DNA from: Giardia intestinalis
Taxonomy: Eukaryota
DNA: 64,000 bases
Strand: one strand, 5' to 3'
Assembly: GCA_000002435.2 (NCBI GenBank)
Contig: CM018793.1
Positions 39,634 through 50,900 of this stretch are shown in pieces. The translations under genes and the position numbers were made by a program. A model generated the notes under the pieces. It searched no databases. It had not been told where the DNA came from and saw nothing but the letters and a program-made list of their open reading frames with translations. Numbering within the stretch: position 1 is the stretch's first letter; each line of letters opens with the position of its first letter.

Positions 39634-41001
39634 TTATTTTCTAGCTAAATTTTGTATAGTGACCTTTCCATTGAGAGGACTCGTTCATAGCCCATTAAAA
39701 GCACAATATAAGAACTTCTTGGGTCAATAAGCAGTAGAATTCCATCTTGTAGCCTTTAAAACAGATATACCTCAAATACGCTCTATGTTAGTATTTAGAG
39801 CCAGATATTATAATATTATATCCTGGCACAAGAAATCCACCATGACCGTTCCCAAGAGATGAATTGCAAGGTCACAACAATAAGTCTGTTAATAGAAACA
39901 TAGGTAGATCAGCAGTAGGAGCCGTGATATAGTACTATGTAAAAGACACTTGGTTAATGGTGACCATTGATGGCGCCATAAACAGGTGCTTCTAGCACTT
40001 AAAGAACGTCATCGTCTTGGTTGTAAGGGATATTGAGTTCTCGTAGCAGCAGCAACAACTCAGAAGCACGGACCCAATACAAAATTCATGAGAGATTTAC
40101 TGCTTTACTTTCCCAACACATTATCGCCCATTAGTGCCCTTGTGGTCATTGATACGTAGCGCATAATATCTGCATCAGCACTCTGTGGATGAGGTAGCTG
40201 CTGCTGAGCGGGCACACCCAGAGCCACTGTCGCGTAAGATGCCAGCAAGATCCGCAGCTCCAGAGCACACTGCAATCTGGCGACTGATTTGGTCATGCCG
40301 CTCCTTTGTCCGCTGGAAACTCGGCCGGGAGCGACAGAGACCACGTCGGGAGAACCCAGTGGGAGGGGGTAGGCAGGGCTTCCTGCGCCACGAGGGGAGC
40401 CGCCGCAGGAGGACGCGCAGACACGCACGCCAGGCCACAGTAGACACGCGGACGCCCCTGTAGACCGGGCCGGCAGCAGGCGTCCGCAGAATCCGCGCCA
40501 GAGCCAGCTGCTCAAAAAACTGGGCAGCCTCTGGTCGTGTGCAGGCCTTGCAGAGCACTGCGGCCCCCGACACTCGGCGACCCCTCTCAGAGCGGAAGAC
40601 CCCGCGGGCCGCAGGCAGCAGCTCGTCGTCGGCGATGCCCCGAACGAGGGGGACGGCCCTAGCCTGCCCGCCTCCGCAGAGCTCCGGGCATCTGCAGACA
40701 AACCGGGGCTGCGCAGGGTGCGGCTCTCCCTGGCGGCCGAGGGCAGGGGTCCCCGGCAATACCAAAAAACTCCGATCAATACATCAGCCCCGGCGCCGCC
40801 GTGTGCAAAGCAGTCTGTTCTGTGTGGCGGCCTAAGCCAGCTCGTACTGCAGCGATGGCCCGGGTGAGGGCGCCCTGCTCGCCCGACGGACCGGGGCAGG
40901 CAGGCAACAAACACCCGCTAAAGCTTTTATGCAAGGCCTGTACATATTTAATTTCACATTATTCGTTGGTCTGTTTTTAGTTTTATCGCCGCTTCTATCG
41001 G

Positions 41002-41811
41002 ATGGGCTCTGGGGCAATGACGGCGGAGACGCGCGCCTCCGTTCTGCTCGAGCTCGCGAAGCAGGTCGTCGCTGCCCGGCGGCTGGAGGAGACGGCCGAG
41101 AGCCTCGCGCGGCGGCCGCTGCTCCTCCACCGGCACGTGCTCCGGACGGCCATCGACTGGAAGAAGATCGCCCGCGCCCTGTCCGAGGACCGGAGCAGGA
41201 TCTACCACTGGTACCGCGAGACGCACTCGCGGAGCATCCTCAACGTGAAGATGACCGGCGAGGACCGCAGGGCCATCAAGGCGATGATCATCGCCGGGGT
41301 CAGGGACCGGAGCATCCTGGGCCCGGACTTCTACCGCAGGGTCCACGAGCGCTTCGGGGCGAAGTATCCGCGCCAGGAGCTGCGGATGACGTACAACAAC
41401 GCGCTCCGCACCCAGGACGTCCGCGCCGCCCTGGAGGAGCACGGGGTGGTGCTGCCGCGCCGCACATACGGCCCGAGGGCGGCCAAGCAGGAGGAGGAGG
41501 CATCTCCTGTGGCGGCCACTCCCCCGCCCCCCTGCGTTTTTGGTTGCGCCGCGCCTCCGCTGGTGCCGCCCGTCGGGGGGCCGGTCTTTGTGGCCCCGGG
41601 CGCGGTCTCTGCGCTTCTGCCCCCGCACGCGCCGGGATGCCTCGTCCTCGCCCTCCCACCCGGGGTCGTTTCTGGGCCCGGCGTCCTCCCGCTCCAGACG
41701 GGCCAGGGTCTCCTTGGGCCGCCCGTTGCATTCGCATGCGTGCCATGCTTCCCCCCTGCGGGCTACGGGGGCGTGCCTGGGTGCGCCGATACATACCCCA
41801 GCAAGGGCTGA
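41002..41811 (+). CDS. Extremely GC3-biased ORF. The N-terminal 160 aa are globular with a possible Myb/SANT-like helix-turn-helix (IDWKKIARALSEDRSRIYHWYRETH). The C-terminal tail is Pro/Gly/Val-rich and low-complexity.
   Basis: ATG start. GC3 is above 90% across the first 160 codons. The opposite-strand ORFs are Arg/Pro/Gly-rich, which is typical of antisense to GC-rich coding sequence. The C-terminal third may be non-coding read-through in GC-rich DNA. Confidence 0.35.
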   Translation: MGSGAMTAETRASVLLELAKQVVAARRLEETAESLARRPLLLHRHVLRTAIDWKKIARALSEDRSRIYHWYRETHSRSILNVKMTGEDRRAIKAMIIAGVRDRSILGPDFYRRVHERFGAKYPRQELRMTYNNALRTQDVRAALEEHGVVLPRRTYGPRAAKQEEEASPVAATPPPPCVFGCAAPPLVPPVGGPVFVAPGAVSALLPPHAPGCLVLALPPGVVSGPGVLPLQTGQGLLGPPVAFACVPCFPPAGYGGVPGCADTYPSKG

Positions 41812-43804
41812 AGACTGGAGACCCCGGCTTGCTTGGTGGTTGGCGAAGAGTGGTCGGTAGGAGCAGCTAATAGTTGAAGTCCTGGTCAGTGGCGAGACAG
41901 TCATGCCTAGAGCGTGCAGCATGCTCAACCACGGCACAGCGCAGGGCCCACCAGACGTAGCTTACACATCGTTGAAGAGACCACACACAGCAGACGAAGG
42001 CAGGGCTCTCCCATGTGCCCAGACGACTCGAACACCGCGGTCTGGGCCAACGATCTACCAGACAGGCCCGTCCGGTAACAGGCGACTGAATGCTCTCTGG
42101 GCCGTGAGCTAGGGCTGATGCGCAGCTGGCCGGCCACGACATTCACCCTGGCTGGCCCTCTGTCTTCACGCGCCGACACGCCAAGGAGCTGCAGGCCGGC
42201 TCTCGACACAGACCGATGCTTGTCTCCTTGTTAGCAGGCCATGAGTGGGAGAGTGGACGCGCTCTGTAAATGGCATGCTCGATCCGCTCGTTCGGTGAAG
42301 CTTTTATCAAGAAGAGATGCGATGATTGTCTCACCAGGCGTACTATTGTCTGCGCACCTGTGCCTCAGATGCGGCCACCACGGCGCAGCTGCATCTCCGA
42401 TCATCCTGGGCACACCTCCTGGCACGGGCAGGTGCGCCGGAGGGGTGTACTGCCCACCGCCGAGAAATGGATGAACTCCCTTACCCAGGAGCCGGCTGAC
42501 CACTAGCCGTGCCCAGCAAACCCCAATAAGCAGGCCTGCTGAGCCAACCCATCCAAGAAGCTGTGTATCCGGAAGAGCTTCGCGTCGAATGGCTCCTTGA
42601 TTAAAGAAGCTGGCATCCAGCGCGGCATGACGACTATCCGCCTGGTGCTGATCTGTCTGCTGGGGAACACGCAGACGCCCTAAGCTCCGTGTGAGCCTAT
42701 GTTCAAAGCGTCCTTCACTGGCAGGAGATTCAAGGAACTAGGCGTAGATAGGAAGAGCATTCCCCACTGGTGCCACGAAGTACCGGTATGCTACCTGGCT
42801 ACACTAATGGCAGCGAAGAGCACGAGAAGGTCCCAGGGCCTCATCGAGCGGGTCTGCCCCTAGCAGGCCCAAGTAGACGCTCTCTCCAGCAGTGTACAAG
42901 AAGCCCGGGAGGGAGTGCTCAGGCTGGAGCTGCGGCGTTGCTGGTACAGGCTGTCCTTACTGAGTGCATCCCTCAGCGTCCAATAAGTGGAAAAGTGACC
43001 GGAGCTGGGTGCGCCTGCCATAGGCATCTCTTGGCAATAACGTACAGGTATCGCTGCAATCTAGTGTGCATCCTCTAGTGCCCCACTTCCCCCTGTGGTC
43101 AGTGTATCTCTAGGGAAGGCAGGCCCTTTTGAAAAGGTATTGACCTGGGATCATGAAGGAGCGCGGGGCACTGCACTGGGTCTGTACACAGGCCAGAGGC
43201 CCGTAGCCGTTGGCCAGCAAGGTCCGGGTGCGATGGTCGAGTGTTCGTCCGTCAGAGCCCTCAGGATGGTGGCCAGAGGACAGGAGCGACGCCGGTCGGT
43301 TATCGACGCAGAACGTGCAAGGCCCCACAGGCGAGGAGCACAGAAGAACACAGGGAGCGTGGGGCCACTGGCAACCCGTAACTTTTTATATCTTGGCGGC
43401 CGGTCTCAACACTTCGTAGGTGCAGATATGAGAAGCTGGGCCGAGTGATCTGCTGGTGGAGGGACCGACACACACTTCCTCAAGGGTTCTGCCATGGGTG
43501 ACGATGATGGTAGGCCGCACCACTGCAGGTTCGTCCCTTTGCACTGTAGCAGAGCCAAGGCATATCGGTCTACTGTTATGTGACGCCCTTTTTCAAGATA
43601 GGTTATGATTGTACAATCTGATTCAAGGTGTTATACTATTCTAATGAGGTCTTCATAACATGAAGCATTGCAAAAGTAATCCTTCAAATTCACCCTCAGA
43701 AATCAGCATATTTCTTACAGCTTAAGAAGTTTTCAACCACGCGTGAAACTATCGAGCGTGTAATTGTTTAGTTTATAGAAATTGAATTTACCAATTTAAA
43801 CGCC

Positions 43805-45775
43805 ATGGCAAATCTCGTTCTGAACCCAGCCGGGGAGGCCAGGGCGCGCACGCAGTATCGCTGCTTCGAGTACCTGAGGCTCCTTGTAGCTGCGGCGGGG
43901 CACGCTTTCGACGCGTACGGACTCGGAGACAGCAACCGAGACCGCTATCTCGGCGACTGCATCCAGCGCACAGACATCTTGGAGCTCGTCGTCTGTGCTG
44001 CAGGGTGCGCAGCAGCCGGGCCGTCCAGCGCGCCTCTGGATGCCGATTCTCCCAAGATGGACTTGCACCTGCCAGAGGCCATGGGAGCTAGCGGAGCGGT
44101 CCTCCCAGCAGCGGACCCGGCAGAGGCCCACCGTCGCTACCAGAACTACTGCACTGAGATGAACAGGGTGCATCCGGACCCGCTGCACCCCGCGCCCGAA
44201 CTGGCGACCACGGAGACATACTTCAAGCTCGTCGATCACCTTTTCTCCTCTTTGGTCTATGTGGAGAAGCTCATGGGCACCCCGAAGATCGACTGGAACG
44301 CAGACCACTTCACCCTGGACTACAAGCCCTGTCCAGACGAGGTCAAGCTGGTCATCAACCTTGACGCAGAGGCCATTAGCGCCATGGACAACAATAAGGA
44401 TCTTCAGAGTAAGCCAAACTGGTGCGCAAACAGGGTATGGTACGTCATGATTTTGAGCTTCATTCTTGGCTTTTCACTGAGTCTTGTGGCTCTCACCATC
44501 CCATTTTACCTAACATACCTGGGGGCTAATGCATCTCAAACAGCGAATCTACAATCCTTCTTCAACCTCACACAGCTGTTCTTCTGTCCGCTCTGGCTTT
44601 GGCTATCGGAGATAATTGGCCGCAGGCCAGTTTATATAGTTCTCTTTGCCGGATACGCGGTTACCACTGGATTGACTGGACTTGCACCGATCATCTTCCA
44701 AGCAAGAGACAATTCTAAGACACACTCTCAGGACCAAATCAACTACATCCTTGGAATGCGCTTCGCCACAGGTATTTTCGCGTATGCCATTCCTATTGGT
44801 TTTGTTACTGTTGCTGATCTCGCTAGCCCCCGCGCGCGTCCAATGGCCCTGATCGCAATCAATGTCATGACTTTAATTGGCACAGCAATAGCTTCTATAA
44901 TAATTGCTTTTATCTTCACCATTGGAACCTATACAGGTGACAATGTGAAATCATTCCTTCATACATTCTATCTTGCAATTGCTCTGTTAGTGGCCGGCCT
45001 CGTTTTCTCCTGCTTCTTCAAGGAGTCTTCTGCAGGCGTTATAGCCCGCAAAGCTGCCAAGAAGATGGGCAAAACGGACTCCCAGGCATATAAGGCCAAC
45101 GTAAGGCGGGATAGCTTCTGTGTGACATTCAAAGATATTCTGAAGAACAAAGAGCTAATTCTGCTCTGGTTTGCATATGTCTTCCAGATCTTCTGTACTC
45201 AGCTTCCTGTTGCCACTAGGGGTTTCCTAGTTGCGAAGTTCTACGGGTTTACAAGTGCACAGGAAGCTAAGCAATTGAACGCTCTGTCAGATATCGTTGC
45301 GATCGCTATTACTGTCTGCTTTATACTTGGCTTGACCCGCATCATAGCTAACAAGATTGGAGAGCTCCGTATTATTGTAATCTCTGTCTACTTTGCAATG
45401 TTTCCTTCGTTGTTACGTTGGGCGGTAGATCCACCCATTCCCAAGTGGATAATGTTCCTTCCCTTCAACTCCATCGCTTTCAGTCTTGGGGATGCCCTCT
45501 TCATCCAGTTTGCAACGCTGTACACGACACCGAAAAACCGCGGGACGCTTCTCGGGCTCTTCCAGATCGGAAATAGCATCGGAAGGTTTGGAGGGGCGCT
45601 CATAGGCGGCGAGCTCTACAACTGGAACTGGCGCAATGGGTCGATCTTCTTCTTGCTCTATGGCTTCGCGTCGCTCCTCTTTCTGTGTTTTGTGAAGCCA
45701 CCCCTTGAGCAGAACACTGCCGCCCAGATAGAGCAGAAGCAGCTGGAGCAGAAGAGGCGTCAGGCATCTGTCTAA
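43805..45775 (+). CDS. Major facilitator superfamily (MFS) transporter with a roughly 200-aa soluble N-terminal extension.
   Basis: ATG start. Twelve hydrophobic helices span from about aa 205 to 610. LWLSEIIGRRPVYIVLF resembles MFS motif A (G-R-R between TM2 and TM3). Confidence 0.65.
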   Translation: MANLVLNPAGEARARTQYRCFEYLRLLVAAAGHAFDAYGLGDSNRDRYLGDCIQRTDILELVVCAAGCAAAGPSSAPLDADSPKMDLHLPEAMGASGAVLPAADPAEAHRRYQNYCTEMNRVHPDPLHPAPELATTETYFKLVDHLFSSLVYVEKLMGTPKIDWNADHFTLDYKPCPDEVKLVINLDAEAISAMDNNKDLQSKPNWCANRVWYVMILSFILGFSLSLVALTIPFYLTYLGANASQTANLQSFFNLTQLFFCPLWLWLSEIIGRRPVYIVLFAGYAVTTGLTGLAPIIFQARDNSKTHSQDQINYILGMRFATGIFAYAIPIGFVTVADLASPRARPMALIAINVMTLIGTAIASIIIAFIFTIGTYTGDNVKSFLHTFYLAIALLVAGLVFSCFFKESSAGVIARKAAKKMGKTDSQAYKANVRRDSFCVTFKDILKNKELILLWFAYVFQIFCTQLPVATRGFLVAKFYGFTSAQEAKQLNALSDIVAIAITVCFILGLTRIIANKIGELRIIVISVYFAMFPSLLRWAVDPPIPKWIMFLPFNSIAFSLGDALFIQFATLYTTPKNRGTLLGLFQIGNSIGRFGGALIGGELYNWNWRNGSIFFLLYGFASLLFLCFVKPPLEQNTAAQIEQKQLEQKRRQASV

Positions 45776-46534
45776 CACGGGAGTGTCCTAGTTGAGTTGT
45801 AAGTTGATGTGATGGCTCGGTGATCCAGTTTGAGCGACTGTCTGCGAATAGTACAGCCAGAGTGAATCCCTTTGTCAGATAATATGGTATTTAGAATCGG
45901 TGGTGGCTCGATACGACCAGCTGTTCAGGTCTCCTCGTCAAGACAGGCGACCCCTGTACCATATGGATGTGTATGGAGGCAATGTAAGAAAGGCGGGACT
46001 CATACGTGTCTACATTGGAGAGCACAGTAATCACAAGGTGGCAAAGAGAGAGCGTGCAGTAGAAGACTCGTGCAAAGGTTGTGCTGCCCAGAGAATCGGG
46101 ATTTAATTATGCCGGCTCACAGACACAGCCGATCATCCCTTCGCACCAGTGCTGCAGCGGTCGCCTCTGCCACCCTCATCGTTATAGAGTTGCGCCGGCA
46201 ATACTTTGAACACTTTATGTCTGACCAGCTACTCCGCAGAGTGCTTCGTGGATGCCTGTTCTGGGCTACGAGAGTTACGTCGTATCGCCCTCTTGTGGAC
46301 CATGGCGCACCACCAGCAGTTGACGTGTGGTGTTCTCGACTCTGATCGCAGTGGGTAACAAGATAGGTACCGTCCGACGCCCCCTCAGGGCCACCGTCGA
46401 GCGATTACGCGTTCTCCGTCGAGTTCATTTTGCGAATTAAAATGCCCCGCCCCTCCCTCCCTCCTCGGTCTCCAGATCTGCCTGTGTGACACATCACCCG
46501 TCGAGCACCAGGATGGAGAGCAGGGGCGCGCTGA

Positions 46535-47006
46535 TCAGCACAGGTCCGTGACACAGGAGGCTTCCATGGAGTGGTTCCATTTACAAGCTGGGCCCAGTGC
46601 AATGAGCCGGATCAAGAGAAGGACAACGACAACAGGTATGTCTGCGTGAACGGCTGTGGATCAGACAGCACCGGGAAGTGCGTCCCCACGAGCAACTGTC
46701 CTTCCCAGAACACGGGCTGCTCGAGCTATGATGTAGACAGCGAGTGCCTCTCGTACTCGAATAGCGCCAACAGCGTTCAGCCAAATAAGTGGTCGTGCGT
46801 CCCAGGCTGCCGGACAGGTGGAGTCCTTTGCGCCTTTCTGCACGTGCATGCGAGGATACAGCCTCAAAAATGACGACTGCACCCCTCAGGCCAGGAAGGC
46901 CGGCTCCACGACGGCCATCGTCACCGTCCTCGCCCTGTGGTCCTTGCTCTTGTGTGCTGGTTTGTCCTGCGGCGACAGCAGGGATCGAAGGGGATCTCGA
47001 CAGTAG
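46535..47006 (+). pseudogene. Frameshifted fragment of a cysteine-rich EGF-like/VSP-like type-I surface protein.
   Basis: Frame 2 encodes NGCGSDSTGKCVPTSNCPSQNTGCSSYDVDSECL…SCVPGCRT. Around 46820 it shifts to frame 0, which encodes FCTCMRGYSLKNDDCTP (an EGF-like CxCxxGYxLxxDxC) followed by the hydrophobic stretch AIVTVLALWSLLLCAGLSC and a short basic tail. There is no ATG in the upstream frame. Confidence 0.35.
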
Positions 47007-47978
47007 AGACCAGGAGGCTCATGGCAATGATAGGTTTTGACTCTACAGCTGCGCGAACCAGTTTATAATGAGTGAATACTTAGGATCTGTTGAATCCGTA
47101 ACCCTCTCAGGCTGGTGCCTGGTTCCTGAATTACTAGCTCAGCAGACTCTGCTCAAGTGATAGTTCACCTTGCTTCGCTACGATGGGCGTGTCAGTTGCT
47201 ATCCAGGTAGGTCCTTCGAGACGAGCAACCACGTTAGACATCCCCATTCAGCTGACTCCAATGATTCAGATACTGCAGTTCTGGCAGAAGAGAAAGCGCG
47301 GCAGAGGAGCCAGCACCCAACCTCCTGCAGTTGCAGTAGGCAGGCTACACAAAATAATGCGTCCGTGATTGTACACTGGCTGCTGACCATCTGGCACCAC
47401 AGGTGCACTGCGGTCCATGAGCAGAATGGTAGGCCGGGCGTCTCCTCCGCGCCAACCAGGGATCGATGTGGGGGTCCATGGACACATGCTACAGTTCAGG
47501 AGGACGCATGGCGAGCGCACCCCGACAGCAGGACCGATGGTCCACTCCACGAGGAGGCGAGGAGGAATCCAAGTCGACACTCGAGGCTATGACACATACG
47601 ATCTTCATCATGGACACCAGCACCGAGCGACCCTGGACTGCACGGCCGGGAGAACTGCGTCCTCAAGGAGCCTGAGTGAAGAGATTGAAGGCCTAGACCG
47701 ATATCACGCCAGATTAAGCCGTAGTATTCAGAGCGAGAAGGCACGAGAATCTTCTTTTTCGCGGAACTACGGCGTCCAGATTCCGAAGTTTGGACTCTGG
47801 ATTCTGGACAGTGAAAAAGGATGCCATCTAGTGTTACAGTGATGGCTTGTTTAATTGACAACCTACTTGGACAGTAGCTGCCAAGCCTGCCGCATTAACT
47901 AGCTGCTACGTTTAGTTTTCTAGATTGGATTGTCAATCCAGTCTTCAAATAGTTTCAAAATCTGTTATTTCAAAAATA

Positions 47979-50900
47979 ATGTACCCAGTGCTCCGGCTGT
48001 ACCTCAAGACGGCCAGGGTCCATCTTTGTCTCTACATCTGCATGATTGTCATGCCGGTCGTTGTGATGGCCGCTGTCGCCCTCTTCTTCTCGTTCGAGGA
48101 TAGACTGCAAAGCCCTAGCAGCGGCCTAGGCGAAGGGACTCTCCCGCGCCTCCCGTTGTGCAGGGACCTGCCTGGTTGCACGAGCCAGACCGTGTACCTT
48201 GCATTCTCCCCCGACACGATCGAGGCACGCCGGGTCGTTGACAGACTCGTCCAACAGAACGGATTAGAGTCGGAGCGGATTGTTGCCGTAAGGGACCGCG
48301 CAACGATGCAGAGGCTTGTGGCCGGGAAGAATCTCGGCCCGAGCTTTGTCGATGACGTGATTGCGGCCAACCTGGGAGAGACGGTGCGGGGGCACCTCCT
48401 AGGCGCCGATGGCTCCCTTGCTTCGATCCTCACCCCGCGGAAGGTCCTTGCAGACAGGGATGTCGTTACAGAGATGCTCGACACAGCGTACGGGCTTGAT
48501 GACAGAACCCTGGATGCGTTCGATGACGAGTGGGCCGCGAGCATGGGACCGGCCGACAGCGTCTTCCTCGCGCTCGACCTAAACATCTCAAACCGGGAAG
48601 CGTCAGACATCCCGCAGGCCGTCCAGTACTCACTCTGGTACAGCCAGGAGATGATGGCCCGGTACGCTGTCAAACACCCTAGTCCACGGACAAGGTCCTC
48701 GGCGCCTAACTCACACGCCATGTCGTATGTGTGGAGCCCGGCGTCCTTCAGCATTTTCGAGGCGATTCACAACGCCCTGACGGAAACCTTTATCGACAAA
48801 ACCATTTCGTACAGCCTAGGAGAGTATCCGTCGCAAGGCTCGACCACCACCCTTGCCGGGATGCAGGCGTATATGATTCTCCAGCTTTCTATCTTCCTTG
48901 AGTGCATCCTGACCCTCATCTTCGCGGCGCACTTTCGCGGGCCCTTTCAGACCACGCTCCGCCGATTGGGTGTCTCGGAGTTCTGCATGTACGGGCTCAC
49001 GTTCGGCACACTTTTGATCGCCAACCTCTTGGCATACGGACTTCTCTTTGGTGCTGGCTCGCTCTTCAAGCTGTTCCCCTTCTCAAGCTACACTCCTTCT
49101 CTTAACGCCCTTGTCAGCATCACCTTCGCCCTCATCACCACCGCCTCCGTGCTGCTCCTGCACATGTTCTTCTACAACACGTCGGTGGCAATTGCCTTTG
49201 GGACGGTGGCCCTGATTCTGCTCGTGGCATTTCCCTTCTTGATCCTCCTCGAGGAGCCTAGCTTCCCTACAATTTGGACGCAGCTCGTCGTCCCAACCTG
49301 GCTAACAAAGGTCTTCTACGTCCTTTTTCCTCCCTTGGGGCTCGTTGCCATCTGCGACATGCTGGTCGCTTTAAGACCAGAACGTACCAGTGCTGAGCTT
49401 GTTGTACCGACCTACAGTCAATATGGGTTTGAGATTCTATTTAGTGATATTAACAATTACCATTCTAATCGATACGTATGTTCAGGAACTGTTAGTTTAG
49501 GCACAAGCGGATGTACCTTCCAACTTCCTTACCTTGGATCTCTTGTCGTCACGTCCCTGGTCCAGAGCATCCTAGCTCTTCCGCTATTAACTCTGGTTCT
49601 CCTATTCTGCAAACACGAGCCAGGCTCACAAGGGCTTCCCCTCGGCTTCCTTTGCAGCCGCAAGTTCTACCGTACAAGGCGCCCCAAGGACAACCCGGAG
49701 TTCCCCTTTCTGTTTGTCTCAGGGCTTCGGAAGACATACCGTAAGGCAAAGAGATGCACGGTCGTCAAGGAGGAGGCGCTGTGCGGGCTGGACTTGCACC
49801 TTAAGCAGGGAGAAGTCACGGGCCTCGTCGCGACAAGCGGCGGCGGAAAGTCCACAGCCCTGGGGATCATGGCTGGCGAGCTGGCGCCCTCTGGCGGGCA
49901 GTGCGCAGGGCTCGGACACGATCTCCTCTGCCCGTACACCGCACGGTCCCTGCGGGGGTTCATCTCGCTCTGTCCCCAGGAGTGGAACAACCTCTGGATC
50001 AACCTCACTGTCAGGGAGAACGTTCTTCTGTGCGCAGAGATCCGGGCCAGGGTCACGGGCCGCCTCGGCGAGCTCCAGCACAGAAACGGGTCTCTCGACG
50101 GATACGTCGACGAACTCCTGAAGCGCCTCGGGTTGCACGACCACGCGCACAAGCAGGCGTCTGCCCTGTCTGGGGGGATGCTTCGTCGCCTGGCCCTTGC
50201 AAACGCAACGGCGGGAGGTCCGCGGCTGATACTTCTCGACGAGATTACGGTGGGCGTGGACCCGATCCTGAAGCGCCAGATCTGGGCGTACGTTCGCGCA
50301 CTGGTCACAGAGGGCGCCGCAGCAGTCCTGTCCTCCCACGACGCCAACGAGATAGCAGAGCTAGCCACTCGCGTTGTCGTGCTCAAGGCCGGTCGGACGC
50401 AGGCCGATGCCCCTGTTGTGCAACTCCTTGAGGAGCATGGAGACTACGTGGTCTCAGTGACGTCAGAAAGCCGCGACGCCATTTCACGAGTAGCGCTGCT
50501 GCTCTCGACGGAGCTAGGGATTCTGCTCGGAGTTGGCGCTAAAGAGCTAGGTGTTACAATGGACCCACGGCGTGCCAGCATATCCATCCCTGCAGCACTA
50601 GTCCCAGATGCACATGCTCTGGCGGGTCTGGTGCAGCATTGCCGCGCCTTCGAGAAACGAGAGGGCGTCCAGGTTGCCGTCTCACGGGCCCGGCTGGAGG
50701 ATGTCTTCGAGCACCTGCTGGATGGCGAAGACGACGCGCAGCCGGAGCCTCTGCGCTCAGTAACTCTGGACGAGGACAGAAAGCCCTCCGTGACGCGCCA
50801 CCTGCTGCTTCTCTTCCTCTCCCTGGACCTTCAAGAGCACTGCAGAAGCTTTGCTTCCATACTTGCTGCGCTGACTGCCCTATTTGTGCTAATTTGGATG

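Noticed and set aside
40100-43500. Considered whether the GC-rich island is a fragment of the very GC-rich, subtelomeric Giardia rDNA.
   Set aside because: I could not find any universal rRNA signature (e.g. GTACACACCGCCCGTCGCT, CCAGCAGCCGCGGTAATTCC, GTCGTAACAAGGT) on either strand, and the region contains a protein-like GC3-biased ORF.
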